A stretch of DNA of 64,000 nucleotides, from the NCBI GenBank assembly GCA_951406725.2, contig OX597830.1, forward strand, positions 74,338,001 through 74,402,000. Direction: 5' to 3'. Origin of the DNA: Octopus vulgaris. Its lineage: Eukaryota. Each line of letters opens with the position of its first letter. Positions within the stretch are counted from its first letter, which is position 1. A model generated the notes under the pieces. That model was given only the letters and a program-made list of their open reading frames with translations. It did no database searches and was not told the DNA's origin. Position numbers and translations under genes: made by a program. Positions 14,671 to 26,035 of this stretch are shown here, piece after piece.

Positions 14671-15699
14671 AAGGCAGCGAGCTGGCAGAAACGTTAGCAC
14701 GCCGGGCGAAATGTTCTGAGTTCAAATTCCGCCGAGGTCGACTTAGCCATTCATCCTTTCGGGGTCGATAAATTAAGGACCAGTTACGCACTGGGGTCGA
14801 TATAATCGACTTAATCCGTTTATCTGTCCTTGTTTGTCCCCTCTGTGTTTAGCCCCTTGTGGGTAGTAAATAAATAGAAATGCTTAGCGAGTTTACACCC
14901 ATCACTACATTCCGCCGAGGTCGACTTAGCATTTTACCCTTTCGGGGTCGATAAATTCAATTCCAGTGAAGCCCTGGGATCATTGTAATCGACTACTCCT
15001 CTTCCACAAAAGTTTCAGGCTTTGTACCTACAGTAGAAAGTATCATTGCTTATTCCATTACCATGGTTCAGTCGTTAACGTCCGATCCGGCTAACAAGGT
15101 AGTGCTTGAATCGATTATTGTGGAAAAATCTGGTACAGGTTTTATCATAGCAGCGTGCCAGCAAAATCATTAGCAAGCCGGTAAAAATGCTTTGCAGCAC
15201 ATATTCCGGTTTTATGTTTTGAGAACTAATTCAATCGACTTTGCTTTTCATCATTTCGCGGTCTACAAAATAAGTACCATTCAAGCACAGGATCGATGTA
15301 GTCGACTAGACCCCCTTCCCTTAAATTTAGGGATTTGTGTCTACAGTAGAAATGATTTTATTGCTTTTCCCCGAATGTGATGTGGAAACGTAATAGTCTG
15401 TGCACCGGACAAAAAGATTAGCGTGCTTTCTTCCGACTTTAGGCTGTAACTAAAAGCTCCACCGTTGTTTATGTACCAGTTGAGCACTGGGGTCAATATA
15501 ACCGACTTATCCCTACCCCAAATTTCAGGCTTTGTGCCTATAGTAGAAAGGATTATCATTATTACTTTCAGTAAGGCGTCGAGCTGGCAGAATCGCTAGC
15601 ATGTCCGACAAAATGCTTGGCGGTATTTCGCCTGTCGATACGTTCTGAGTTCAAACTACGCCGAGGGCGACTTTACCTTTTATCTTTTCAGAGTCGATA
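14671..15699 (+). mobile_element. Cluster of about five head-to-tail SINE family A copies/fragments
   Basis: Heads at 14671, ~15150 and 15573; repeated CCGCCGAGGTCGAC / TTTCGGGGTCGATAAA blocks; AGTAGAAAG(G)ATT tails at ~15035, ~15350 and ~15545. Confidence 0.85.
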
Positions 15700-15702
15700 C
15701 TT

Positions 15703-15898
15703 CGCGCACGTGCATTGTTCGCTTGTGATTTTGACGATTACACAGTATGGTAGGGTCAGTTGGGCACCGTCTGTTTAGAAGGACATCACAATGATGCAAT
15801 TCACTCTGCCAAAGATTTGAAAACGACAAGCTGCATTGCTTTGCATTAGCGCTGAAAGCTCCAACACGAACATTTCAGAGTGTTTGGATGTCACTCAA
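15703..15898 (+). mobile_element. Tc1/mariner-like 5' fragment (transposase N-terminus remnant)
   Basis: ATG ATG CAA TTC ACT...KRQAALLCISAESSNTNISECLDV resembles a paired-type HTH start; recognition by eye only. Confidence 0.35.
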
Positions 15899-16712
15899 TA
15901 ATAATAACAATAATAATAATAAAAGCAGATTATAGATTTAACAAATTTCTTAGGGCTGTTTAAATATCGCCCGAGCCACGCTGAAGTAAAGATTTATTAA
16001 ACCTTGGTGAAATGTATATTACTTTATGGGCCTTGAACTTGGCATTGTACCATAATATTTGTTGTGAGACTATGCCAAGTTCTTATGCTAAATTCTTAGC
16101 ATTGGAAGAAAAAAACCTTACAAATAATAACAGAAGTGAGGTGGTTAGAGAAATATTGTTACAAACACTGAAATAAAAATGAAGAAATCGAGTAATTTCA
16201 CAGTGATTGACAACTTTGTAGGATTTGTACTTTAGGGATAGTAGCGACATGTTTGTAACTGATATGGAAGTTTTACTTCAGAATCTATTTAGCTGGGAGG
16301 CATGTAACAAAAAACAAACAAACAAAAAACAAACAAACAAAAAACAGGGAGACTAAGAAAATCTGTGACTGGAAGCGTACAGTAAAGTGCGGGAGGGAGT
16401 TAGTGGTGGTAAGGAGTGACAGAGAAGAGATGGCAGAAAATTGGTGTTGGAGTGTCTGTGAAAATTCTATTGCGGCTCTACACACCATATAGAAGTGAAA
16501 TATTACGGAGGAGAAAAGGATGTGAGAGAGAAAGTGAGGGAGAGAGAGAAAGAGAGAGCGAGTGAGTCTATATGCTCGCAGTTTATGGAAAATTTCATTG
16601 ATATATATTAGCTATTAATAATTCTTTGTTATATTTTTTAATACAACTAATACATTGTAAATCTATTTTTATTATATTATGATGGCTGTCTAGAACTAGG
16701 TGTGAAATCTGC

Positions 16713-17090
16713 AGGCCCAAGCGTTGCTGTGTGGTAAGAAAGATGTTTCCCAATCAGTCCCACTGCGTAGCATCCAGGGCAAGTGTTTCTACTATAGGCT
16801 CGAGTCAATCAAAGCTTCGTGAGTGGATTTGTAGATGGAAACTGAAAGAAGCTCCTCGTATATATATATGCATTTACGTGTGTATCCGTGTTTGTCCACC
16901 TACAGCGCCATCACATTGCAACCGATGCTGGGGTGTTTATGTTCCCATGACTAAGCAATTCGGCAAAGTAACCGATAGAATAAGTACTAGGCTGACAAAG
17001 AATAAGGTCCTGGGTCGATTTCTGCGACCGGAACCCTGTAGAGCGATGCTCTAACATGGCGGCAGCCAAATGACTCCAACAAGGTTGTAA
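16713..17090 (+). mobile_element. SINE family B
   Basis: GCTGTGTGGTAAG, GTGAGTGGATTTGTAGATGGAAACTGAAAGAAG, CCGATAGAATAAGTACTAGGCT. Confidence 0.8.
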
Positions 17091-17299
17091 AGTTAAGAAA
17101 TTTAAATCGGAGAAAGTGGCTCGGGCTTAGTCGCATGAATGGACCCTTCTATTGTATATTTTAAATTCTGGTACTTAATCAAACGAACTCCTAAGTTACG
17201 GGAACGTAAACATGTTAACAACAGCTGTTAAGCGGTGAGTGACTAACATAACATAAACACATACATAAATATACATATATATACGTATATGTGTGATTA

Positions 17300-20200
17300 A
17301 GGGAGTATTTAAGATAACCGCAAGTTAATATAATTAGCTCTACGTCCGTTTCACGCTTATGGCTATTGAAACATTGCATTGGCGCATCCAGGTGAATATT
17401 AGTACTTAACCGGAACAGAACGTGAGAAAGCATTTTATTATATTACATCGTACAATAACCATAATGGTGAAACTTACTTTGGTGGTCTTAACTTTACATT
17501 TGCCCGGTTTTTCGTAACTAGTAATACTACTAAGTATAAGAGCTATTTATCAGCTCTACTGGAAGCATGATATTATAATTAATGTAGAACTATAGAACTT
17601 TCACTGCCCCAGCAGCTCAATCATCATCATTGTCAACACCATCTCCTCTGCTTACTACTACTAGTACTACTCCCACTATATATCGACAAACATCTTTGTC
17701 TTGGAATCGACCTCCTCAATCATTACCACCGTCAACATTTCTTCTACCTACTACTACTACTACTACTACAGCTACTACTACTAATGCTATCTCAAGGAAT
17801 TTACCTCCTACAGGTCACAAAGGTCGCCAAAACTTCAAACTATCATCTACACCTTTCACAGCTCACACACATACACGCACCTACACACCCACTCGAAACC
17901 CCATCATTTGCCGATATTCTCTTCGCCATAGACTGTGCACTGATAGAGACTGCAAATTCACCCATTTACCTGGAACAAAACGCTCTATCCCCACAAACTA
18001 CAACAGCAACCACCATAATACAACATCACCACAACCACCAATATCTCAAACAAGGAATCCCCAAATCTGCCGCTATTCCCAGCGAGACAGATTGTGTTTG
18101 CACAGGGATTGCCCCTTTACCCATCTCCCGGGGACTCGTCGGACATTTAAAGATAACCACTCACATAAAAATAGCCGCGGCCACAGTCACCTGCGGTTCC
18201 CTACACAGGAAACCACCTCTTCTTCCTCTTTTTTTAGCTATAATGAATCTAGCAAAAGAACTGGAAAAAAACATCCGAGCTATCACCCACCGCCATCCAC
18301 CACTATTACCCCACTACACATGCCATTAAAAAGCAATCAAATAAACAAATCACCAAAACAATTAAAACCATCCACTCTCGCCTCAACATTTCTGCTTAAT
18401 GCCCAAGGCATCAGCCCTTCCACCAATACACAAAAATGGAAGATAAGATTCCTGGAGGACTGGGTCGAGGCCCATCCAAACCACATCCCTTTCTTCGTCC
18501 TCACTGAAACCCATCTTAGTGACCTCCACTTGGAAGCCGAGGTGAAAGTTAAAAATTTCAAAACCATTCGTGCTGATCGTGTTGGCAGAAGAAAGGGTGG
18601 GACTGCCATTTATGTCCATGATTCATTCTCAACAGAAGCCATGAACATATTTTCGAATGGATACTGCGAAGCAGTCGCTGTATTCAGTCAAACCAACAAC
18701 TTAACAGTAGTTGGGCTCTACAGACCACCCCAAACGCCCCTACCATGCTTCAAGGAATGCCTCAACAGCATAAAGTGTTTCATTCAGCAGTGTCAACCTG
18801 ACAACATTTTAATGATGGGAGATTTCAACCTTCCCGGGGTTGACTGGTCTACAAACAGTCTGTCGCCAGGTTCTTCTCTCTCAACCCCTGACAGGGAGGC
18901 AGTGGAATCGCTTCTTGACTTCATGGATGACTTCTTCTTGTCCCAACTGGTACTCGAACCAACGAGATGTCACAAAAACGTCTTAGACTTAATTTTCAGC
19001 AATCACACTGATACTATCCACAATATTGCAGTGGAGAAAACCCTACTCTCCGACCATGACATGGTTCTCTGTGATCTGAGATTTCACTGGCCAAAATGCA
19101 AAACAAATGTCATCCCTCCTGTTCATCCATTTGACACTATGGATTTCCACAATGCAAACTGGGAAGCGATCAATAATGATCTTGCACAAGTCGATTGGTC
19201 CTTCACGCACACATACACACCCACTAACATCAAAAAGTCCTGGCAGTCACTTGTAGACACCATCACGAACATATGTGCAAGACACACCCCATTAAGATCT
19301 GCAAACAAATCTAAGTGTCGAATCCCTAGAAATAGAAAATCTCTCATAAGGAAAATTAAAAGAATCAACAAAAAGATCAACATGCTGAAATACTGTCAAC
19401 AGCAACACACCAACCTGACTGCCATCTCGTCGCTAGAGATTAAAAAACATAAACTCCAAAACAACATGATGTCTATCATCAATAGTCAGCGAAGAGCTGA
19501 AGAGGCCTGGGCCATTGAGAAGATCAAACTCAATCCCAAAGTGTTCTTTTCATTTGCAAAAAAACACAGAGTCACTGGTTCTACTGTTGGCCCTCTGATT
19601 GATGAAAATGGTATTCTTCAAGACAATGCCAAAACCATGGGAGAAATATTGCAGAAACAATATTGCTCTGTTTTCAGCAATCCTGATATGACTGATCTGG
19701 GCTGTATCAGTGATGTTACTCCCCAATACACTTTATCGGACATAACATTTGGCGCTCCTGATGTCTTAGCAGCAATAAAGGAAATGAAGCATAATTCAGC
19801 AGTAGGTCCCGATAGGTTCCCTGCTTGTGTCTTGAAGATGTGTCAAAACCAACTTGCACCCCCTCTAGCCAATCTGTGGCGGAACTCATTGGATGCTGGA
19901 TATATACCAGAAGACCTTCTATCCCAGTCTGTTGTCCCAGTTTTCAAAAAAGGAAACAAATCGCTTGCCGTGAATTACCGTCCAATCTCACTCACCTCTC
20001 ATATCATCAAGGTATTTGAGAGGGTGCTGAGATCGCGTATGACTCACTTCCTTGAGAGTCATAATATGCTGAACCCCAACCAGCATGGATTCCGTAATGG
20101 GAGAGATTGCCTGACGCAGCTACTGCATCATTTTGATGATATTTTGAGAGCCTTGGGAGAGGGTTCCAACACTGATGTCATCTACCTTGATTTCAGCAAG

Positions 20201-21426
20201 GCCTTTCACAGGGTTGATCATAAGATCCTTCTGAGAAAGCTGTCCAATATTGGTGTCACTGGAAAGCTGCTGCAATGGATCAAGTGCTTCCTCTCTAACA
20301 GAACCCAACATGTTGTAGTCGAAGGAGTCAAATCCAGCCCAGCCAAAGTCAGCAGTGGTGTCCCACAAGGCACTGTGTTGGGCCCACTTCTCTTCATCAT
20401 CTACATAAATGATATTACTGACACCATCAAACACAGCAACATCAGAACCTTCGCTGATGATTCCAAGCTCCAGAAGGTCATCAATGGCGTGGATGACCGA
20501 ATAAACCTTCAGTCAGACCTACTAGCTGTTGTCCAATGGGCGGAAAAGAATAACATGTTGCTAAATGAAGACAAATTCGAACTGATCCACTTTGGAAGGG
20601 AGGACGCTCTGAAACTCCCATACTCTCTTCCTTCTGGAGAAATTCTCATGGCATCCAACAACATCAGAGACCTGGGAGTAACAGTGGACAACAACATAAG
20701 CTGGGCTACACATATAAGCAGCAAAGTTGACATGGCCCGCAGAATGTGTTCCTGGATTCTCAGAACCTTCCAGTCGAGAGATTCCCACGCTATTATCCTT
20801 CTCTTCTCCACTTTTGCCCGACCCCACCTTGAATACTGCTGTCCACTGTGGTCTCCCTACACAAAACAAAATATTATGAGAATTGAAGCTCCCCAAAGGT
20901 CAATCACAAAAAAGATAGATGGCATGTCAGACCTTGACTACTGGGGTAGACTAGAGAAGCTGAAATTGTATTCACTCCAACGACGCCGTGAACGCTACAT
21001 TATCTGTATGATGTGGAAAATATTCCATCAGCACTGTCCGAATGATGTTGGCATCACCTTCAAAATGCATCCAAGGCTTGGACCACGTGCCATCCGTCCA
21101 CAACAAAAATCTAAATCGCATCACATAACGACAATACGGCACAACTATTTCACCTCAATTGGACCCGCTCTCTTCAACATTACACCAGGACACGTCAAAA
21201 AAGAAACTGACCACACAAAATTCAAGAAGTCTTTGGACAAATTCCTTCAAACAGTACCGGACAAACCATCCACACCCGGATATGTCTCCGCAAACAATAA
21301 CTCTCTGCTCGAATGGGCCTTGGTGCCCAAATCCTGAACTGAAAGACTTCGCCAGGTGGTGCTATTAAGTTAGACATGGCCTGGGCCAATACTGGCCAAA
21401 AACCTTTCTAAGTTATTCTAAGTTAT
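17300..21426 (+). mobile_element. Near full-length CR1-group LINE (5' boundary approximate)
   Basis: ORF above, then a ~70-nt 3'UTR with a TGGCC...GGCCA hairpin and a (TTCTAAGTTA)2 tandem tail at 21406-21425, typical of CR1/L2-type tails. No clear TSD. Confidence 0.85.
17630..21337 (+). CDS. CR1-group non-LTR retrotransposon polyprotein: 2x CCCH zinc finger + AP endonuclease + reverse transcriptase (ORF2 proper probably starts at ATG 18320)
   Basis: Stop-free 1235-codon frame. APE motifs LLNAQGI, LTETHL, GGTAIY, LYRPP, GDFNLP, LDLIF, SDH. RT motifs YRPISLTS, QHGFR, YLDFSKAF, GVPQGTVLGPLLF, FADD, RDLGV. CR1-like C-terminus RPHLEYCCPLWSPY...LYSLQRRR. The 17630 start is TTG; the first in-frame ATG is 18320. 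Confidence 0.95.
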   Translation: MSTPSPLLTTTSTTPTIYRQTSLSWNRPPQSLPPSTFLLPTTTTTTTATTTNAISRNLPPTGHKGRQNFKLSSTPFTAHTHTRTYTPTRNPIICRYSLRHRLCTDRDCKFTHLPGTKRSIPTNYNSNHHNTTSPQPPISQTRNPQICRYSQRDRLCLHRDCPFTHLPGTRRTFKDNHSHKNSRGHSHLRFPTQETTSSSSFFSYNESSKRTGKKHPSYHPPPSTTITPLHMPLKSNQINKSPKQLKPSTLASTFLLNAQGISPSTNTQKWKIRFLEDWVEAHPNHIPFFVLTETHLSDLHLEAEVKVKNFKTIRADRVGRRKGGTAIYVHDSFSTEAMNIFSNGYCEAVAVFSQTNNLTVVGLYRPPQTPLPCFKECLNSIKCFIQQCQPDNILMMGDFNLPGVDWSTNSLSPGSSLSTPDREAVESLLDFMDDFFLSQLVLEPTRCHKNVLDLIFSNHTDTIHNIAVEKTLLSDHDMVLCDLRFHWPKCKTNVIPPVHPFDTMDFHNANWEAINNDLAQVDWSFTHTYTPTNIKKSWQSLVDTITNICARHTPLRSANKSKCRIPRNRKSLIRKIKRINKKINMLKYCQQQHTNLTAISSLEIKKHKLQNNMMSIINSQRRAEEAWAIEKIKLNPKVFFSFAKKHRVTGSTVGPLIDENGILQDNAKTMGEILQKQYCSVFSNPDMTDLGCISDVTPQYTLSDITFGAPDVLAAIKEMKHNSAVGPDRFPACVLKMCQNQLAPPLANLWRNSLDAGYIPEDLLSQSVVPVFKKGNKSLAVNYRPISLTSHIIKVFERVLRSRMTHFLESHNMLNPNQHGFRNGRDCLTQLLHHFDDILRALGEGSNTDVIYLDFSKAFHRVDHKILLRKLSNIGVTGKLLQWIKCFLSNRTQHVVVEGVKSSPAKVSSGVPQGTVLGPLLFIIYINDITDTIKHSNIRTFADDSKLQKVINGVDDRINLQSDLLAVVQWAEKNNMLLNEDKFELIHFGREDALKLPYSLPSGEILMASNNIRDLGVTVDNNISWATHISSKVDMARRMCSWILRTFQSRDSHAIILLFSTFARPHLEYCCPLWSPYTKQNIMRIEAPQRSITKKIDGMSDLDYWGRLEKLKLYSLQRRRERYIICMMWKIFHQHCPNDVGITFKMHPRLGPRAIRPQQKSKSHHITTIRHNYFTSIGPALFNITPGHVKKETDHTKFKKSLDKFLQTVPDKPSTPGYVSANNNSLLEWALVPKS

Positions 21427-21541
21427 AAACATAACAGTAGTAGTCGTAAATCTTTTTGTATGCAGACGAAATAATATATATATATATATATTATTTCGTC
21501 TGCATACAAAAAGATCTACGACTACTACTGTTATGTCTATA
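21424..21541. repeat. 118-bp spacer-less palindrome centred on (TA)n
   Basis: Arms pair base for base except two A:C mismatches (21428/21537 and 21449/21516). Confidence 0.95.
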
Positions 21542-21544
21542 TAA

Positions 21545-21740
21545 ATATGGCTTAGTGGTTAGAGTGTTCTACACACGATTACGAGATGACAGTTTCGATT
21601 CCCAGACCGGGTGTTGCACTGTGTTCCTGAGCAAAGCACTTCATTTCGCGTTGCTCTGCAATCATTTCGTCATCTGACATGTGATACACGGTGCACCTCT
21701 ACAGATAAATATCGATTTGATGGATGGAATCAGCTTACGT
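21545..21740 (+). mobile_element. SINE family C
   Basis: TGGCTTAGTGGTTAG A-box, GTTTCGATTCC B-box, TGTTCCTGAGCAAAGCACTT core. Confidence 0.7.
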
Positions 21741-21746
21741 GTACAC

Positions 21747-21960
21747 AAACTGTGACTCAGAGTTTCATAAATTTGTGAAGATTACACGTCTCATCACAAT
21801 TTAATTCCAGTCTTGATCACGGGTGTCCGACGAACGGGAATGTGAAACCCTAAATCATAGTCTTTTGTGATGTTTTTGCAGTTTTAATAAAAGATCATAT
21901 TACTGTACCTTCGGTATTCGAGTATTATTTTTTCAACCTTGTTCTGCTAAACTCATGAGC
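21747..21960 (+). mobile_element. Same hammerhead-bearing family, with an inverted partial copy upstream
   Basis: CCGACGA-ACG-GGAA-TGT-GAAAC at 21827-21848. The reverse complement of 21747-21767 is TGAAACTCTGAGTCACAGTTT. Confidence 0.5.
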
Positions 21961-22015
21961 GTGCGCGTGTACGTAGAAATACGTGAACATGGAAGTATAC
22001 ACACAACATACTCAC

Positions 22016-22083
<68 letters not shown>

Positions 22084-23553
22084 GTCTGTCTATCTATCTA
22101 TCTATCTATTTATCTATCTATTTATCTGTCTATTTATCTGTCTATCTATCTGTCTATCTATCTGTCTATCTAGCTATCTGCCTGTCTATTTGTTTGCCTG
22201 TCTGTCTGGATGTATGTACGTGAAATTAAGTAACGTGTTTCTTGCGTATTTTATCTAACTCATCGTGTCGATCGAAAATGCCTTGTGGTATTTCATTCCT
22301 CTTTTAAAGTGCGGTTTATTTTATGCCTCGATAGTATATAAACTACACAAATCATAATTAGTCCGTAGAATCGACTGAAAAGCCTTGAAGACTCTGCCCC
22401 AGCATGGTCGCATTCCAACAAGTGAAACCGGTAAAATAATACCAGAATAATTATAACAGAATATTTAAACATTTCCATTAGAGAACCAACAGAATTGATG
22501 ACTAATTCCAACTGAGTGATTTAGCCAATTCTAACAATGAAGCCATCTTCTGGGATATGTTAATGGCAAGGAAGTGAATGATGAATAGCTAATTGATAAA
22601 TTAGATATAACCAAATTGCTGCGTATGTAGAGAGTTCGCGATAAACATAACGTTGTTTTATAGGTGGTTTTCTGTTGATGGTGTTGGCGCTGTTGCTTCT
22701 CGTACTGTTGTTATTTAAACACAGGTTAGACGTGACCGGAGAGACCTACAACTAAAAGCGTTCCAGCTGTGACCATATCGTTTTAATTCTTTCCGGGCAT
22801 TGTCTTTTGTCTCACATCGGAATACATTATTTATCGGGTTCTTATATTTATTTGCTTAAAAAGATAGCAGAATATTATTCCAAAATTATTTGATCTCTAT
22901 TTCTAGCATGTCAAGCGACATTGTGCGTATTTCTTCCTTGGCTTTCAGAAGCACTCCGTCCACTTTTTTCGTCTCCGATACCCGTTTTCCCTTTCTTTCC
23001 ATGCTTCATTCATTCATATATATTCGTTAAAAGAATCTGAAAGTTATTAAAAATGTCAACCAAATGTTTGCTTTATTTTTATTTTACTCCTTCGTACATA
23101 AATACACAGCTCGATTCATTCGACTTAAAATTCTCCAAGTGGTTCCCCAGCATGGCCCCACTCTAACGCCTGAAACAAGTAAAGAAGAAATAGATAGGAT
23201 ATTAACTACATGTAATATAGATTAAATAGCTGTATAGAAAGGTTGATTTATGTATCAACATCTGTTGCAGTCAAAACAACTTTCACATATATATAAATTT
23301 AAGACCAGTTGAAATACGTGAGAGAATTATTTAAACATGTCATTTGCAGTGGTGTAAAACTTCTCGTATCAGACAAAAAGATGTTAAAGCACTATAGTAA
23401 GCTCGGAGCGCTCCTTATTGGTGTGACAAGAGCATTTGGAAACTTTTATTTTGCTTAGACTCCAGAGAAAAGGCGAGATAACTCTGGTGTCTGGTACAGA
23501 ATAGATGAAACGGTTTGACACCAATACAGATTAGATGAAAGGACTTCAAAATA

Positions 23554-24325
23554 ACATTACATTACATTACACATTCCGCAGTCTGGTTGATCGTTGGGTC
23601 ACCACTGCTGACTTTGCACCAGATCCCTCCACCCATCCCTGGCGTTTGTCTCTTGCGTCCCTCATCTTTAGGCCTGTCCACTCACAAATGTTTCTTCCCC
23701 ACCTCTTTCTTCGTCTACTTCCACGTCTTCCACCGTTGACTGTTCCCAGAAAGATTGTTTTGGCCAGCCCTGATGAGCGAGTAACATACACAAACCATCT
23801 GAGCCTGCATTTTTTTACTGCGGCAAGAAGTTCCTCATAAGGACCCATTGCTTGCCTTATTCTTATTGCAATTTCCTCATCTGTGAAACGATCTCCACGG
23901 TATTCCCTCAAAACTCCTCAAACATTTCATCACTGTAGCTTGAATTATTCTATCTATTTCTTCCGTATGTCCATGTCTCACAGGTGTAGAAGAATATTGA
24001 AATCATTGTTGGTATCATTAAACTAATTTTGGAGATCAATGACATATTTCTCTTTCTTCCACAGTGTTCTGAATTTGGTCATTGATGCTGTTGTTTTGGC
24101 AATGCGGGATATCACTTCAGGCTTGGAACCTTAGTCACTCACTTTCATCCCAAGGTATTTAAGTCTTGAACTTGTTCATGCTGAACTCTACTGACGCTTA
24201 TGTGGGTACTGATTCCATTGGGATAGTATGTCATAACTCTTGCTTTATATGCGCATATCTCCGAGCCAAATTCATAGGAAGAATTGTCGAGGCGCTCTAC
24301 TAGTGGTTTAAATTCTTGTTCTATT
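23554..24325 (-). mobile_element. RTE-clade LINE 3' fragment
   Basis: ORF 23567-23911 LLAAVKKCRLRWFVYVTRSSGLAKTIFLGTVNGGRR...RKRW..NI.EWTGL is an RTE C-terminus. KYLG remnant near 24155; (TAATG)3 tail at 23555-23569. Confidence 0.85.
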
Positions 24326-24549
24326 GTTTCAGTACGTGATTGTAGTGCTTAAATACCTTTTCTTGTTAAACGAGAATATTGCTCTCTATGAGGCACCAGC
24401 AGAGAAAACCTGTTACTGTCTCAAGTAAATAACTTAAAGACATATTTCAGCTCATTTCAAGTTTCTTTTTTTTCCTCGGAATTACAGGCATATATACATG
24501 CATGCATGCACACAATCATACACACGGACGCAATCGCTCACACGCATAT

Positions 24550-24598
<49 letters not shown>

Positions 24599-24713
24599 TA
24601 AATATCATACATATATGAACTTACATATATATATGTAAATATGTAAATATATATACACATATATATATACATTTACATATATACATATACATATACATAT
24701 ATACATACATATG

Positions 24714-24752
<39 letters not shown>

Positions 24753-24943
24753 GTACATACACATAAATATATGAACGTATGCATATATCAGGTTGACTCA
24801 TCTCGTGGAGCTTAGCTTCACAGCCTCGTATAACGAAACTGTCCTTGCAAGTAAGTATCTGCATTTGTGTCAAACCGTTATGAGATAACATATGCAACTG
24901 CTATCAACTGTTGTGTGCCACTCTCTTTCGTTGTCCTATAGTT

Positions 24944-24985
<42 letters not shown>

Positions 24986-25043
24986 TATCTTTTTTTCTCG
25001 TAAGCACGTCGATGACATTCAGGTCGGTTGTTGTTGTGGTAGG

Positions 25044-25065
25044 GATGATGATGATGATGATGATA

Positions 25066-25120
<55 letters not shown>

Positions 25121-25121
25121 C

Positions 25122-25157
<36 letters not shown>

Positions 25158-25495
25158 CATGATGTTGATGATGATGGTTATGATGGTGATAATGATGATG
25201 ATGATGATAATGATGATGATGACGATGATGATGATGATGATGATGTTGATAACGATGATGATGAAGATAACGATGATGATGATGATGATGATGATGATCA
25301 TAATGTTGATGATGATGATGATGATAATGATGAAGACGACGACGTCGACGACGAAACAAGGATGGTGATTACGAAAAAGATGATAATGAAGATAATAATG
25401 AAGTTGATGACAACGACGACGATGACCATGACGACGATGAAAACAGTGACGAAGACGGGGAAGACGACAACGAGTGCGCTTATGATGATGAAGAA
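25044..25495. repeat. (GAT)n / (GAC)n degenerate trinucleotide array
   Basis: Direct reading. Confidence 0.95.
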
Positions 25496-25625
25496 TAGGA
25501 ATAGAATGATGTTTTTTTCCCATACTACAAGCCTTTTTTTATACGGAAAGTACCACTTGTATTTTTAGTTAATCTATGTACTCAGCTGATGTAACTTTAA
25601 CCACGATCATTACAAACACAACCCA

Positions 25626-25965
25626 ACTACTAATTAACTACTACTACTACTACTACTATTACAACTGCTGCTGCTGCTACTACTACTACTACTACTACTA
25701 CTGCAACTACTACTATTACAACTGCTGCTGCTGCTACTACTACTACTACTAATGCTAATAGTAATACTACTACTGCAACTATTACTACTACTGATACTAA
25801 TTCTTCTACTACTACTACTACTACTACTGCTACTAATACTACTACTACTACTACTAATACTACTACTACTACTACTATTACTACTACTACTACTACTACT
25901 GCAACTACTACTATTACAACTGCTGCTGCTACTACTACTACTACTACTACTGCTACTACGAATGT

Positions 25966-26009
<44 letters not shown>

Positions 26010-26035
26010 TTACTACTACTACTATTACTACTACC
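25626..26035. repeat. (ACT)n array with a higher-order ACTATTACAACTGCTGCTGCT unit x3
   Basis: Direct reading. Confidence 0.95.

Noticed and set aside
14671-15699. CRISPR-like array or tRNA gene cluster
   Set aside because: The repeats are diverged SINE bodies with irregular spacing; no cloverleaf, no cas genes, eukaryotic context.
17784-18226. 5' part of the 181-aa +1-frame ORF as a real ORF1
   Set aside because: The synonymous-change pattern between the two finger repeats favours the other frame; only the tail after the T run looks meaningful.
18337-20896. Antisense and alternative-frame ORFs inside the LINE
   Set aside because: Shadows of the long sense ORF; no recognisable motifs.
17240-21440. 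Target-site duplication for the CR1 LINE (AACATAACA near 17245 and 21428)
   Set aside because: Short, low-complexity, and the left copy lies inside an older SINE remnant.
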